Assembly (NCBI RefSeq): GCF_036588685.1
Contig: NC_086373.1
Location: 27,590,001 to 27,654,000, forward strand
Length of the DNA: 64,000 nucleotides
Source: Mytilus trossulus
Taxonomy: Eukaryota
Reading direction: 5' to 3'
Both the position numbers and the translations under genes were made by a program. Under the pieces are notes generated by a model. That model was not told the DNA's origin and did no database searches. It saw only the letters and a list, made by a program, of their open reading frames with translations. Positions 50,975 to 64,000 of this stretch are shown here, one piece after another; the stretch's first letter is position 1; each line of letters begins with the position of its first letter.

Positions 50975-51085
50975 TTTATGGAAGATCATTGGGAAACGAG
51001 AAAGCAAAACAAATTCTTAGAAGACCGGATAGACAGAGAGAAACTACGCTACAATCCTATTAACTGGAGTTGTTCCCTCAAATAA
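50975..51085 (+). CDS. Coding exon 3 (terminal) of the 212-aa protein
   Basis: Acceptor TTTTATTTTCAG; phase 0; FMEDHWETRKQNKFLEDRIDREKLRYNPINWSCSLK*; AATAAA near 51147 and 51260. Confidence 0.85.
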   Translation, partial: FMEDHWETRKQNKFLEDRIDREKLRYNPINWSCSLK

Positions 51086-51674
51086 TTTCTCATAACTTTC
51101 TGTGATTATTCTGTTATGATATGTGACAAGTATGACTTAAATTGCCAATAAAGAGAAATTCTCTATCTTACACCTCCCTTCTGTCTAAAAATATTTGTCC
51201 CCGTATAATTTATTTATACTGTAATATGTATAGCTTTTGTATAATTTATGCATGAGGCAAATAAAGATTCAACATGGATTGGGGTGCAACAAATCAGTTT
51301 GTACAAAGTTAGAAAAGAAAAAAAAAATTATTACTGATATTTTCTCTTCTTTTTTGAAATTTTGATAAGAGAGTATCTAGGTACTTTCTGATCTTTCCTG
51401 TACTTTTAAAAACTTTTATTGCCGAGATGGTGCTGTCAAAAATGTGCTTATATTTTGAAACACGTAGCTGAATTGTGAATTTAGATCATCGTAGGGTATG
51501 AGCAAATTTTATTATTTATGAAATTATTGTTATAGATATTTATCAAAATACAGTACTAATTGATGATGCAAAATGAAAGGTTTCTATAAAGTCTCACAAA
51601 TAAGGAATAACATACAGTAATAACAAACATTAGTAAAATGTGACATTTCCCTTATTTGGATACACAGATATAAA

Positions 51675-51850
51675 ACAAATGCATGTTACTCTCTTAGATT
51701 ACTTTGAGTCAAAATGCGTGTTACCCTCTTGGAAGAGTTTGAGTAAAAATGCATGTTTACTTTTGGAATACTTTGAAGAATAATGCAGTTTACCCTCAAT
51801 GATTTTTTTTAACAAAAATGCGTTACCCTTAATTGTTGAATACTTTGAGT
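51675..51850. repeat. Degenerate ~34-bp tandem repeat (~5 units)
   Basis: Recurrent AAAATGC.TGTTAC.CTCTT.GA.TACTTTGAGT. Confidence 0.6.
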
Positions 51851-51872
51851 ATTTTATTTTTCTTATGTCTTT

Positions 51873-51913
51873 CCAAGGATTTGTATAGTTAGTCTAACTA
51901 TACAAATCCTTGG
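51873..51913. repeat. 41-bp perfect palindrome flanked by TCTTT direct repeats
   Basis: CCAAGGATTTGTATAGTTAG-T-CTAACTATACAAATCCTTGG. Confidence 0.9.
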
Positions 51914-53109
51914 TCTTTCTGAATCAACCGGTTTATTGTGTTATTGGCTAAAACACCAACACATATTCAGTTTCTATAATAGTACATATACAATGTAACA
52001 CGGAACTGTGGACTTTTGGTTTAACCCCTTGGTCTATATGTATACATGCATGAATGTTCACCTGATCCACGGTTTATTTGTGGAGTTTGTTTTGTTTGCT
52101 CAATAAATCATTTGTTTGTGAAAATATTTTTTTTATTAATATTATATTTTTTTTATTATTGTTTAGCAAAGGCAATAATAATCATAGTAATCTATTTGAA
52201 AACAGTATTATTCCTTCTTCTCTGCAATATATTTGTTAGAAATACATTTTGTAATCTATTGTATTTATTTTCTTATTAATGTTCCATTTAAATGTGTAGC
52301 TTTCACTAGATATTAGAGAATTTAGAAAAGTGGCAATTTAAGCGACTTTTCCTCATTTTTTGTGAGTTTCGTACTTTGTGTTTGAGTTTCGTGCAGCATA
52401 CAGTTTGAGCTTTTTGAAGGATGGTTATAGTTTTTCTAAGAATTATTCCATTAAGAACTTTTACAGATTTTGTTTAAACACAGCCGTCGTATTTTGTAAA
52501 AAAAAAGTATTACAAAATATTCAATTAACGGAAACTATTTATTTTCTATCAGAATAAATTCGAATTGGATATCAAACTGGACGAAGAAACTCATAATTTT
52601 CTATAGATGTTGGAATGAACTAAACTGAAAACTATCCTTTTTAAATATTTGTGCTTTTAAAAAAAAGGTTATAGGAAACGCATGTAAACATTATTAAAAT
52701 TATAGCTTATTTAAAGAAGAATCAAAGTACATTCTAGTTAAGCGTTTTTATTTTTTACGGCTGAATTTAGGATGTAAAGACAGAAAGAAACTAAGATGCT
52801 GAAAAAAATTTCTTGCCGTAAATGGCTCTTTAACATAAATAGAGTCTTTTCTTTTTATTATCTGAAATACTGCCGTTTGGTAAAGCAAATAGAACTAAAA
52901 AAGAATTACTGTACAGTAACAATTTGACTGACTTTGTGATAGTTCGTCTTTTTGTTGACCAAATTGTTTTAGCATAGATTTTTGTTAATGATGTTAAATT
53001 TTATTACATCAAACTTTTAATATCTGTGATATATTTTATTGACAAAATAAACTTTTAAATATTAACGATGTTTTTTTTCCATGTTCATTCAATTTCCATG
53101 TCTCATTTA

Positions 53110-53382
53110 CAGCGGATATCATTGAGTGTGTAGTGAAAGGTAATATCTTTGGTTAACTTGCTTCGCTGAACCGTGAAGTCAGTATTACGTCAGGTATACC
53201 GTACCCTCCTTTCGAAGTACGATGTAGCATAGTCCAACAAATAGATCGATTGGTTTTCTGTCGGACCAGTCGATTCTTAAAGTAGGATTTATTACCTAAC
53301 CTAACGATGACTTCACGGTTCAGCTAACAAGCAAGCTAACCAGACATGTTAGCTTTGGCTACACACTCAATGGAATCCGCTG
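53110..53382. mobile_element. 273-bp TA-flanked MITE with ~90-bp imperfect TIRs
   Basis: TA|CAGCGGATATCATTGAGTGTGTAG ... CTACACACTCAATGGAATCCGCTG|TA. Confidence 0.85.
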
Positions 53383-53629
53383 TAATATTTAGGTTGACTA
53401 AGTAAGAGAAGGTTGAGTTTAATTTTCACCAAAAACAAATTACGGCTTGTCGTGTTGGTCCTTTATCTTTTCTAGGCAATCCTATGCCCTATACTACGCA
53501 ATTTTTTAATTTTCGCATTGATTGATGTGGGTAAGAACAGCATTTCAACTTAAACGTTACATCAAAGTAAATTGTATAGAACAAAAGAAAAAGAAAAAAA
53601 ATCACTGATATTATGCGGGACAGCATTAT

Positions 53630-53800
53630 AAAAGAGGGTGTAGATACCAGAGGGACATTCAAATTCAAACATAAAAAAACACCTGACAATGCCATGGCCT
53701 AAAAAGAAAAAGACAAACAGACAACATAGAAAACTAATGACTAAAAAACAACACGAACCCCACCAAAAACTGGTGGTGATCTTCAGTGCTCTGGAAGGTT
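53630..53800. mobile_element. Dispersed repeat fragment (AAAGAGGG..AGATACCA family)
   Basis: Matches 7258-7352. Confidence 0.6.
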
Positions 53801-54489
53801 GTCTTATACTAGGTACATTAGTTTTTATTTTTGACAAAGGTACAAATGAGAATTAACAAACTTACGACACAATGACAATATGTTAAACAGGATGTTACTT
53901 AAAATACTATTGGTCAAATGGACAGTATAGTCATTTTTGTTTATTTGTGACTTGGATGGACAGTAATCTCATTTGCACTCAAACCACGAATTCAGATATC
54001 TTTTTAAGTCTGAAGATGTCCTCGTACTGCTTTAAGCCTATGTTGTGATAAGGGGAAAGAAAGAAGAGTTTTCGGTTTTTCTGGATATTCTTCATAAATA
54101 AGGATTTAGCAACCAAATATGGATATGTACGCAATGGAAGCTATAGAATTATAAGATGCACAACCGAACTGTTTAATATTTAAATTGTTCAGTCTTTTTT
54201 TATATAGATTTTACCAAATATTCGTGGAAAATTCATTAACATGCGCGATTTAAATCGTAGAACTAACCATTAAATTGACTACTGGAAGATATACTTTTGG
54301 AGTACAGACCAACGGCAGTGGTATAGACCACCTGGTAAAGATTAACGGGCGATAATATATTCCAACTTCCGGGAAAGTATCGAATAACAAAGTCTAAAAC
54401 TACTTGCAACTTAAAGATTTGAGTAGCACCAAAACTCTAACTTGGATTGAGCATGTTGAGTGGTTGTCAATCAAGAAGCTTATAATTCA

Positions 54490-54710
54490 ATGGTTGTCGT
54501 TTGTTGCTGTGTAACATATTTGTTTTTCGTTCCTTATTTTTGTACATAAGTTATGCCGTTGGTTTTCTTGTTTGATAGTTCTGTACTTGTACCTTTTTAT
54601 AGCTGACGATGCAATATGAGCTTTGCTTATTGTTAAAGGACGTACGGGAGCTTATGGTTGTTAATGTAGGTGTCAACTGATCTTTTGTGGCAATCATACA
54701 ACATCTTCTT
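54490..54710. mobile_element. Inverted decayed copy of the GATGTGGTATGATTGCC family
   Basis: Reverse complement aligns with 29910-30150. Confidence 0.65.
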
Positions 54711-56899
54711 ATTGTATGCAGGATCCAACAACTCATAAAAACAAACTGATTTAATATCATAAATATAAAAAATGTCGAATTCTCTGCTAGTGGACCTTAT
54801 TGTCTTCATTGAGCATACAACTCGGTAATAAATAAGGTCAAGCTACGTTTGAAATGATATCTACCCCGATATAAGACATTGTGAGTACTGTCCATGCATA
54901 GTCTTTATACATCCCTTAAAACCACATTCACTATTCGGATTGGAGCTGTGTTTATCTCGAAAATGTTATTACCCCATCGTTCTATTTATTGATTTACTGT
55001 TAAAAATAATGCACATAGTCGTCAACGCAACAGTCAATTGACCGGCAGAATTTCAATTCTTTTAAGCCAAAAGTTTCGTAGGTCGAATTATGACATTATA
55101 TACTATTTTATAAAGTATAATATGCAATGAATTATTTAAAAAATATCCAGCAGACATTAATCGTTACCTGGCATCAGACATAGTTAAAAGCATGTCACAC
55201 AAGATATTAATATTTAAACGCAATAATTATTTTTATTGAGATTAAATGGCAAAATTATACAGATATCATCGTTTTTTGATGTACCATCTAGAACTAGACG
55301 TATTGAAAAAAGATCAATTTACGGGATGAATGTTTATCTTATTTTTCACAGCAACTGTCGCTAAAGAGTGGCTCATTTCGTCAAATAGAAGAAAAACATA
55401 ACAACCTGCAACAGTTAAATCAATTGGCTAGGCTTTATCTGTTATACGGAACATCATATCAGTAATTGTAATTGTCATAAATTGTTTGTAGTAAACATAT
55501 TTTTTTGTGTTTATATATATTCTATCGCATACCCTATGGGTAGTAAAAAAAAGAGGCTACATGTTTATATAAGAATTGATGAATTCCCTCAAAACAGAGA
55601 GAGGCCAGCCCCGACACATTATGCTTGGTTACAGGGTATAAAAATAGAAAAAAGTGAATTTATTGTAAACAATTACAAAAACAATATCGAGATCTTGCAG
55701 GAGGAAGAAGATTGGTACATGTATAAGCAGTGGGCGTTACAAACAAAGTTTCACCTAACCTGTCTCAGTCAATGTCCGTGGCTACACTGTTATGAATATG
55801 ATTCTATTATGTTTGCTCCCCATTCATTATCAAATCCTGGACCAAGAGCTGCCCTGTTCCAAAACACATATTCTTTACACTAGCTAATAGAGCAGTAAAC
55901 AAAGGTACTAAATTCGGCACTTCTAACCAGTTCATTTGTAGTATACTATCAGGACAACATTATATTTCATTACAATGTTGTTATAATAAAATAAAAGTGA
56001 ACTCATGGGCTGTTAACAAATGACTTTCTCACTTCTATATTTTAAAGTATTTTCTTATAAGTCTTAGAAGAAAGCAGATTGGTTGATTAATCTTTAGTGT
56101 TAGACGTCACTTTCAGTATTATTTGCTGAATTGTAGCATCCAGATTTAATTTATATTGGTGGAGGAAAGCGGCCTGGGTGAAAGGAGAGGACCAACAAAT
56201 TTTGCAGCAAAACAGTCATCCGTGTGAAATGAGATTGGGGTCGAAATCACCTACAATCTGCTGGGTTGGAACTAACAATCTAATTGTTTAATTTCTAATT
56301 GAACCCTGCATAAACAAGGGTTCTCTGAATTTTTGTATCAGTACATACAATGTATATTCTTAAGTCAGATGTAAATCATATGTTGAATTACCATCCAATA
56401 ACATAGCTATAACTTTTATCACTATTTAGAATAAATATTATAAACTAGATTCTAGTCTGTCATCATTTCTATTAACCACACATAATACATTGAATCATGA
56501 CTTGACACAGTGTATGATTGTGACCTTTGCATTTTGGAGTGAATTAAAACAAACCTTTTTAAATCTTCTGTATATATATATTTAGACAAATCAAATATAT
56601 TCAATTTGTATTATAGTATGATTGACATAAGAACCACAAAGCCACACAGAGTGTAGTGTGATAGTATTTTAAATCATCAAGTTGAGTACTTAATAAAGCT
56701 TGCTCTAAGTAACTGCCAACAATATTTGATAAGGAATTGTTTATTTGGCGCTTAGTTTTTGTTATCTTTTTTACAGTTATAATAGTGTTAAGTGTTTTTC
56801 CTGTATTGATTTTTTTATTGCATATACCTTTTGTTTTATAGTCCAATGATCAAGATTAATTCTTTTGCCTGTACCAATTCCTGAACCTTTTTCCCACTA

Positions 56900-57672
56900 T
56901 TTAGCTCATCTGACCCAAGGGGCCAAGTAAGCTTTTCTCATCACTTGGCGTCCGTAGTTGTTCACATTTACAAAAATCTTCTCCTCTGAAACTACTGGGC
57001 CAAACTTAACCAATCTCGGCCATGATAATTATTAGGGTATTTAGTTTAAAAAAGTGTGTCCAGTGACCCAGCCAACCAACCATGATGGCCGCCTTGGCTA
57101 AAAATAGAACATAGGGGTAAAATGTAGCATTTGGTTTATAACTCTGAATCCAAAGCATTTAGAGCAAATATGACATGGGGTCAAATTGTTTATCAAGTAA
57201 AGATCTATCTGCCCTGAAATTTTCAGATGAATTGCACAACTAGTTTTGGGTTGCTACCCCCCAATTGTTAATGTTTAAAGAAATTTTGCCGTTTTTTGTT
57301 ATTATCTTGAATACTATTATAGATAGAGATAAACTTTAAACAGCAATAATGTTCAATAAAGTAAGATCTTCAAATAAGTCAACATGACCAAAGTGGTCAT
57401 TTGACCCCTCAAGGAGTTATTGCACTTTATGGTAGTTTTTTAACAATTTTCATAAATTTTTGTAAATTTTTGTAAATTTTTACAAAATATTTTCCACTGT
57501 AACTGAAGTGCCATGTTAATTATTATTATAGAAAGAGAAAATGGTCAGTACCCAGAATGTTCAGTAAAGTAAGATCTACAAACACATCACCATCACAGAA
57601 ACACAATTGTAATGAATCTATCTGTGTCCTTTGTTTGATGTGCACGTAGACCAAGGTTAGTGACACAGGCTA
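56900..57672 (+). mobile_element. Helentron/HINE-like element (decayed)
   Basis: 5' TTTAGCTCATCTGACCCAAGGGGCCAAGTAAGCTTTTCTCATCACTTGGCGTCCGT; degenerate 3' AGGTTAGTGACACAGGCT; related to 57878-60200. Confidence 0.7.
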
Positions 57673-57877
57673 AGGGTTATGATCCCTTCTGTAGCTGTTT
57701 TGAATTATGAAATTTTCAAACTGCAATAGTATCAAAACAGCAATACTAATAAATAAAAGAGATGGGCCATTGTGTACTATGCCAAGGGGAACTTTGTGCA
57801 AAGCATTGTTATTTATTGTTTTGTTTCATTTCATAGAAACAGGGGAATTTGTGTCAAATAAATCTAGACTTTAAAAA

Positions 57878-60200
57878 AACAAGAGGCTCTCAAGAGCCTG
57901 AATCGCTCACCTTAATTTTTTTTGGTTAAATCTCTCATCAATGATTATTTTGGCTTTTCAATTTATTTAAATGTTCTTTGAATCGTCCTATTTTCTTCAA
58001 AAGCAAAAAAAAAATCATTTTCTCCTATTTTCTATTTTAGCCATAGGAGCTATGTTTCTTGACATACAAGGAAATGAAATATAAAATTTATACTAGATAC
58101 TCTGAAACTCATTTAGCCTAAGTTTGGCTGAAATTGATACAGCAGTTTCAAAGGAGAAGATTTTTTAAAGTAAGACAACATGATGAACAAATTGTGAAAA
58201 AAAGTCTTTAAAGGGCAATTACTCCTTAAGGAGGCTCGAGGGTATAAAAATTTCAGAAAAAAAATAAACATTTGTTTTTCATTACAAATTTTATTTGTTT
58301 CCTCTTGTAGTTGTAGCTTTATCATATGGTACAAAAATCATTCAAAACAATCAATTCATGTTGGCCCCAGATGACTTTTAAAATGTATTCATCATTGAAA
58401 AAGTTCCAAATTATCTCCCTTTGGTGGAAAAATGCCTTTTTTTGGCTTTAAAATTGAAATATCTTTTTCAACTCATCGGTGACCTATATTTTTTAATATA
58501 ATTTCCATATAAGCTGTACTTAAACTAAATTATTGTAAAATTTGAGCGATTTCTGTAATAAATTTCTTTTTTTATTTCGATATCAACTTTATTTCTCCTA
58601 TTACTTCAACAGAAAAAAAACACTTTTACAAAAATGTATGCTTCTTTCGAAGGCAGATTGTGAGCGCAAACGAACGGTGACCCCACTTTTTTATTTTATT
58701 TTTCTATTAACTATAAGATAAAGTTCATTTATAGAAAAATATAGAGAAATCCTATATAAATGATTTAGACCCGCGAACCCCCTTAAGGGGTCAATTGACA
58801 ATTTTGGTCAAATTGACTTATTTGTAGATCTTACTTTGTTTATCATTTTTGCTATTAACGGTTTATCTGCATCTATAATAATATTTAAGATAATAACCAA
58901 AAACTGCAAAATTTCTTTAAAATCATCAATTAAGGGGCATTATACCTGAAAAACCAGTTACCCAATTCGGCTGAAAATTTCAGGACAGGTAGACCTTGAC
59001 CTAATAAATACTTTAACTTCTTGTCTTATTTGCTTTAAATGCTGGAGTTTTTGAGATATAAGCAAAAAACTGCATTTTACCCTGTGTTCTAATTTTAGCC
59101 ATGACGGCCATGTTTTTTGACGAAATAAAAAATAAAGCACAAACTTTATTTTATACACCCTACTGATCATTCAGTTGAAGTTTGGTTGAATTTGGTGGAG
59201 TTGTTTTAGAGGAGAAGATTTTTTAAAGTTAGCAAATATGATGAACAAATTGTGAAAAATTGTCATTAAAGGACAATAATCCCTCAAGGGGTCAATTGAC
59301 AATTTTGGTCATTTTAACTTATTTGTAGATCTTACTTTGCTTATCATTTTTGCTGTTTACAGTTTATGATTCATCTGAAAATTTATGGGCTGATAGATAT
59401 TGACCTAATGAACATATTTACCTCGTGTCAGATTTGCTCTAAATGTTTTCGCTTTTGAGATATAAGCCAAAAACTGCATTTGACCCCTATGTTCTATTTC
59501 AAGTAACGCCGGCCATGTTTTTAGACGGATCAAAAATCGAAGCACACACTTTGTGCAGGATAATCTAAGGAACAATCATGCTAAGTTTCATCCAAATCCA
59601 TTCAGTAGTTTCAGAGGAGAAGATTTTTTAAAGAAAGCAAATATGATGAACAAATTGTGAAAAATTATCATTAAAGGACAATAATCCCTTAAGGGGTCAA
59701 TTGACAATTTTGGTCATATTAACTTGTTTGTAGATCTTACTTTGCTGATCACTTTCACTGTTTACAGTTTATCTTTATCCTCCATAATATTCAAGATAAT
59801 GACCAAAAACTGCAAAATTTCCTTAAAATTACCAATTAAGTGGCAGCAACCCAACAATGGTTTGTTTGATTCATCTGAAAATTTAAGGGCTGATAGATAT
59901 TGACCTAATGTCAGATTTGCTCTAAATGCTTACGTTTTTGAAATATCAGCCAAAAACTGCATTTGACCCCTATGTTCTATTTTAAATAACGGCGGCCATG
60001 TTTTTTTAAGGATAAAAAATCGAAGCACACACTTTGTGCAGGATAATCTAAGGAACAATCGTGCTAAGTTTCATTGAAAGCATTCAGTAGTTTCAGAGGA
60101 GAAGATGTTTGAAAAATTGTTAACGACGACAGACAACGACGATGACGGACGCCAAGTGATGAGAAAAGCTCACATAGCCTTTTAGGCCAGGTGAGTTAAA
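57878..60200 (-). mobile_element. Helentron/HINE-like element with internal tandem modules and a nested transposon
   Basis: On the minus strand: 5' subterminal CTCACCT..GTGAGC, (GTC)n tract, internal repeats, 3' AGGTGAGC, hairpin AGGCTCT-TG-AGAGCCT, then CTTGTTT in a T-rich site. Confidence 0.8.
58230..58782. mobile_element. 553-bp TTAA-targeting non-autonomous transposon (Kolobok-like GG termini)
   Basis: TTAA TSD at 58226-58229 and 58783-58786; TIR GGAGGCTCGAGGGTATAAA vs GGGGGTTCGCGGGTCTAAA; empty site CCCTTAAGGGGTCAATTG in a sister module near 59690. Confidence 0.88.
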
Positions 60201-62551
60201 AAAATATAATTCACATGGCTACAGAAGAGGTTATAAAATATAATTGTCCAGAGTCTATCAAAAAGAGGGTAAAACTTTATTGTGTCAATTAATTTCTTTG
60301 CATATAAATAAGACAACAGACATAAGTTGATTATCTATTTATTAGGAAAAGTAACAACATGGACGGGTGAAAGCAAACATATGTAACATACAAAAAGGGA
60401 ATAGTTTTCTGTATGATAGAAATTTATTAAACATTGTAGAAATCTTATATAAAAACAACTTAATTTTGAGAAAAACAAAAAATTGTTTGATTAGTAGTTG
60501 AGCAGAATTACTGAATATAACAATATGTGGAAGGAAGAAAGTAAATTTGAAAGAAGGGAAACAACTTCTTTGTCTTACATGTCCACTTTTCTGTCTTGCT
60601 TGAGAGGTTTCACTGGGAATACACATAGAGTAAACTGAAAAGCCAAATAACATATTGGAAAGGGAAAAATAAATATCTAGTTTCTGAAATTCGTGCAAGT
60701 AAATTTGCCATAAACCTATGTAAAGTACCTGTCGGTGTTTGTAGGACTCTAGTTCATATTAAATATAAAAAAAACAACGTTACATGTCATGTGATACCAA
60801 TAAAGGTTAGACTGAAAAGGTAAAGAAATGCTATCTTGATATCCTACTAGGCTTGCTCATAAGATCTTTGAAATCAAAGTTATTTTCTACAGGGTCAAAT
60901 TAAAGAACTTACTATTGAAAGTAAAAAAAACTTACAGGTTTTCTTAAATCAGATTAGGATGATATGATGCATTTATTTATAGTCTTCCTTTCTTTGACAA
61001 ATTACTCTGAAAATCCATTTTAATACAAGATTCTTTTTGAAAATCCATTATATTCTTTCTTGAAATATCTGTCATGACTGTTGTCTAACAAAAAATAATA
61101 CTGCTTCTAATGTTCCTTGAATAGCAATTTAGAGTTGCCTCCCATTCATTAGAGCTTATGATGATACAGAGTTGTCTCCCATTTAACTTAATGTGACCAT
61201 AACACTACATTTCTTTTAAACATGTTAGAGAACAAATTATCAAAAAAATAAGTAACTGTGAATTGTTAGAAAAAAATTCATTGTACATGCATATAAATAA
61301 TTAATACAGTAGAAAAGTTTGATTGTGGTGCAAAATCTATAAAAAACAAACCCAAAAACTTATTTATGCATTAAAATAATAACTAAAATGTAAACAATCA
61401 ATAATTCTCTGAAGAAAAACATAACAATTCTCTTGGTGAAGTTTAAACAATTATGAACAAAGAAATAATTATTAAGTTATTTGCTGACCATGTTTATAAA
61501 AGGTCTGTCTTGCACTTTAGTGCTATAAAGAATATGACAATAATTGATTTCTTTAATTATTTAAAAAAAGACACACATGTTCTATCGAAAACAAATGTTT
61601 TGGCTCTGACATTATTTTAGAAATCTTTGAAAAACAGTTCATCAAAACAATTTTTATGAGGGATTAATATCTAAATAAATTTGTACAAAAAAAAAAAAAA
61701 ATTCTTTATTTTTTTTCTTTCAAAAATCATAAATAGTTTTTATTTTATCATTTGATTTGGTCCGAAACTATTTCTAGAATATTTAATTAGAATTAGAATT
61801 ATCCAACAAAAATTCTTAATTTGTTAACAGACAGATACCCATGCCCACAAAAGATCCGTATTAAAGGTGTAGCCAAAATATGTATTCATATTAAAGTTAT
61901 GAATAAAAAAAAAATCTAACGTTTGCATAGCTATTCATTATGGCACAGAAATTCCAAAAACAAAAACCCTGATATAAACAATCAAAACATATTATCCAAA
62001 TCCATATATTCTTAAACCAGAAACTTATATTTATTAATACTTCTATCAGGTTCCATCTGGAGTATGTAGAACAAAATAGAATGGCTCCGTTGAAAAGCAT
62101 TTAGCAATACATGACCTTCAAGAAGTACAATCACTTCTTGGAGCAAACTCTTTCTTAGAATATACTTATCATCAACAAATACCATTACAAAAAAGTATAA
62201 AAAAAAGAAGTGAGGTATCTATAATATGTCAGTAACTTCCTAATAAAAAAAACAGTTAAAATATATCTATATAGATATAGATATACCAAATTCTGATATC
62301 ACAGAAAAGAAAACAAGGAATGTCATTCATGTCATTATACCCTTGTAAGGAAATTCCCATTTACAGTTCCAATACACATGATCAGAGATAGTCATCTTGA
62401 AATTATCAAATTTCTAAATACTAAACTATGTGAGGGTGAAGATTTGCAAAACATAAATAACATCTTTTAAGCAGGAAAAAAACAAACATTGTGTTTGTTT
62501 ATTTCATGCAGTGATTTTACAACAGGTTTTGTTATGAGGGTTTTTACTTGC

Positions 62552-64000
62552 AAACCAGATGCTCCGCAGGGCGTAGCTTTATACGACCGCAGAGGTTGAA
62601 CCCTGAACGGTTGGGGCAAGTATGGACACAACATTCAAGCTGGATTCCGCTCTAAATTTGGATTGTGATTAAATAGTTGACACAGCATAGGTTTCTGACA
62701 CAGAATGAATGTATTCAAATGAACTTAAAATTTTTGTTTTCTCTTAGAGCAATTCACTATGCTGTTGAATATTAATCCTCTCAAAAAAATGTTTGAAGAA
62801 ATTTTCTTTTTATTTATGAAATTTCAAATGAGAAAAATTGAACCCAATTTTTTAATCACATCCCCCTTTCCCTTATTCCAAAACTAATTTCAATTAAAAT
62901 ATTCTAATGGAGTTTGCAACAATAACTACTCATTTAAATACATCATAAAATATTAAGATGTAAAAAAACTGCTTGTTATCACTGAATGGTAAAGATTATT
63001 TAAATTTATCAGTTGGTAGTAAAAAGTGAATATACATTGTATATTGTATATAACAAAGATTTAAGTTGATTCTGGACAAAGAAAGATAACTCCAATTAAA
63101 AAAAATTCTTGCAGATATTTCTTGCTTACTATACTGGACAAAGAAAGATAACTCTTAATTAAAAAAAATTTTGCTATTTCACAATATTGTGAAATTAGTT
63201 ATTTCTTGCCATTGCACAATACTGTGCAATTGAAAAGACTTGCTATTGCAAAATACTTAATATAATAATTTTAGATCCTGATTTGGACCAACTTGAAAAC
63301 TGGGCCCATAATCAAAAATCTAAGTACATGTTTAGATTCAGCATATCAAAGAGGCCCAAGAAATTAATTTTTGTTAAAATCAAACTTGGTTTAATTTTGG
63401 ACCCTTTGCACTTTAATTTAGACCAATTTTAAAACTGGACCAAAAATTAAGAATCTACATACACAGTTAGATTTGGCATATCAAAGAACCCCAATTATTC
63501 AATTTTTGATGAAATCAAACAATGTTTAATTTTGGACCTCGATTTGGGCCAACTTGAAAACTGGGCCAATAATCAAAAATCTAAGTACATTTTTAGATTC
63601 AGCATATCAAAGAGGCCCAAGAAATTAATTTTTGTTAAAATCAAACTAAGTTTAATTTTGGACCCTTTGGACCTTAATGTAGACCAATTTGAAAACGGGA
63701 CCAAAAATTAAGAATCTACATACACAGTTAGATTCGGCATATTAAAGAACCCCAATTATTCAATTTTGATGAAATCAAACAAAGTTTAATTTTGGACCCT
63801 TTGGGCCCCTTTTTCCTAAATTTTTTGGACTAAAACTCCCAAAATTAATACCAACCTTCCTTTTATAGTCATAAACCTTGTGTTTAAATTTCATAGATTT
63901 CTATTTACTTATACTAAAGCTATGGTGCAAAAACCAAGAACAATGCTTATTTGGGTCCCTTTTTGGCCCCTAATTCCTAAACTGTTGGGACCAAAACTCC
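62552..64000 (-). mobile_element. Helentron/HINE-like element, 3' end and internal tandem repeats, running out of the window
   Basis: AAACCAG plus terminal hairpin ATGCTC-CGCA-GGGCGT; ~260-bp internal duplications at 63280-63800. Confidence 0.6.

Noticed and set aside
55482-55883. 133-aa ORF
   Set aside because: Non-ATG start, no recognisable motifs, no supporting exon structure
60300-62520. AT-rich stretch as the 3' UTR of an off-window minus-strand gene
   Set aside because: Only compositional hints; no coding exon within the window

Overview
AT-rich animal genomic DNA. The gene and repeat content points to a bivalve mollusc, most likely a Mytilus-type mussel (inference, not a database result). 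There are five protein-coding genes. Three are intronless Cys-loop nAChR-like subunits: one on the minus strand and a tandemly duplicated pair on the plus strand (about 89% aa identical by manual count). All three have a cation-type M2 but a degraded acetylcholine-binding site. The fourth is a RING-less B-box/coiled-coil/beta-propeller (TRIM-like) gene with an N-terminal RVxF motif. The fifth, transcribed divergently from it, has three coding exons and encodes a 212-aa uncharacterised coiled-coil protein. The most notable non-coding signal is a ~350-bp dispersed/tandem repeat carrying a type I hammerhead ribozyme (retrozyme / Penelope-type). Two copies are intact (3184-3227 and 3522-3565, minus strand), several are decayed, and there is a possible relic hammerhead of opposite polarity. 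The nAChR duplication also records the birth of two tandem repeats: an ~8-kb 97-bp satellite whose single-copy progenitor survives beside the other paralog, and a 64-bp minisatellite amplified from a LINE coding fragment. The window also holds a 288-bp near-perfect palindrome at the duplication junction, several Helentron/HINE-like elements, and MITEs with clear TSDs (TA, TTAA, 4, 5 and 10 bp).
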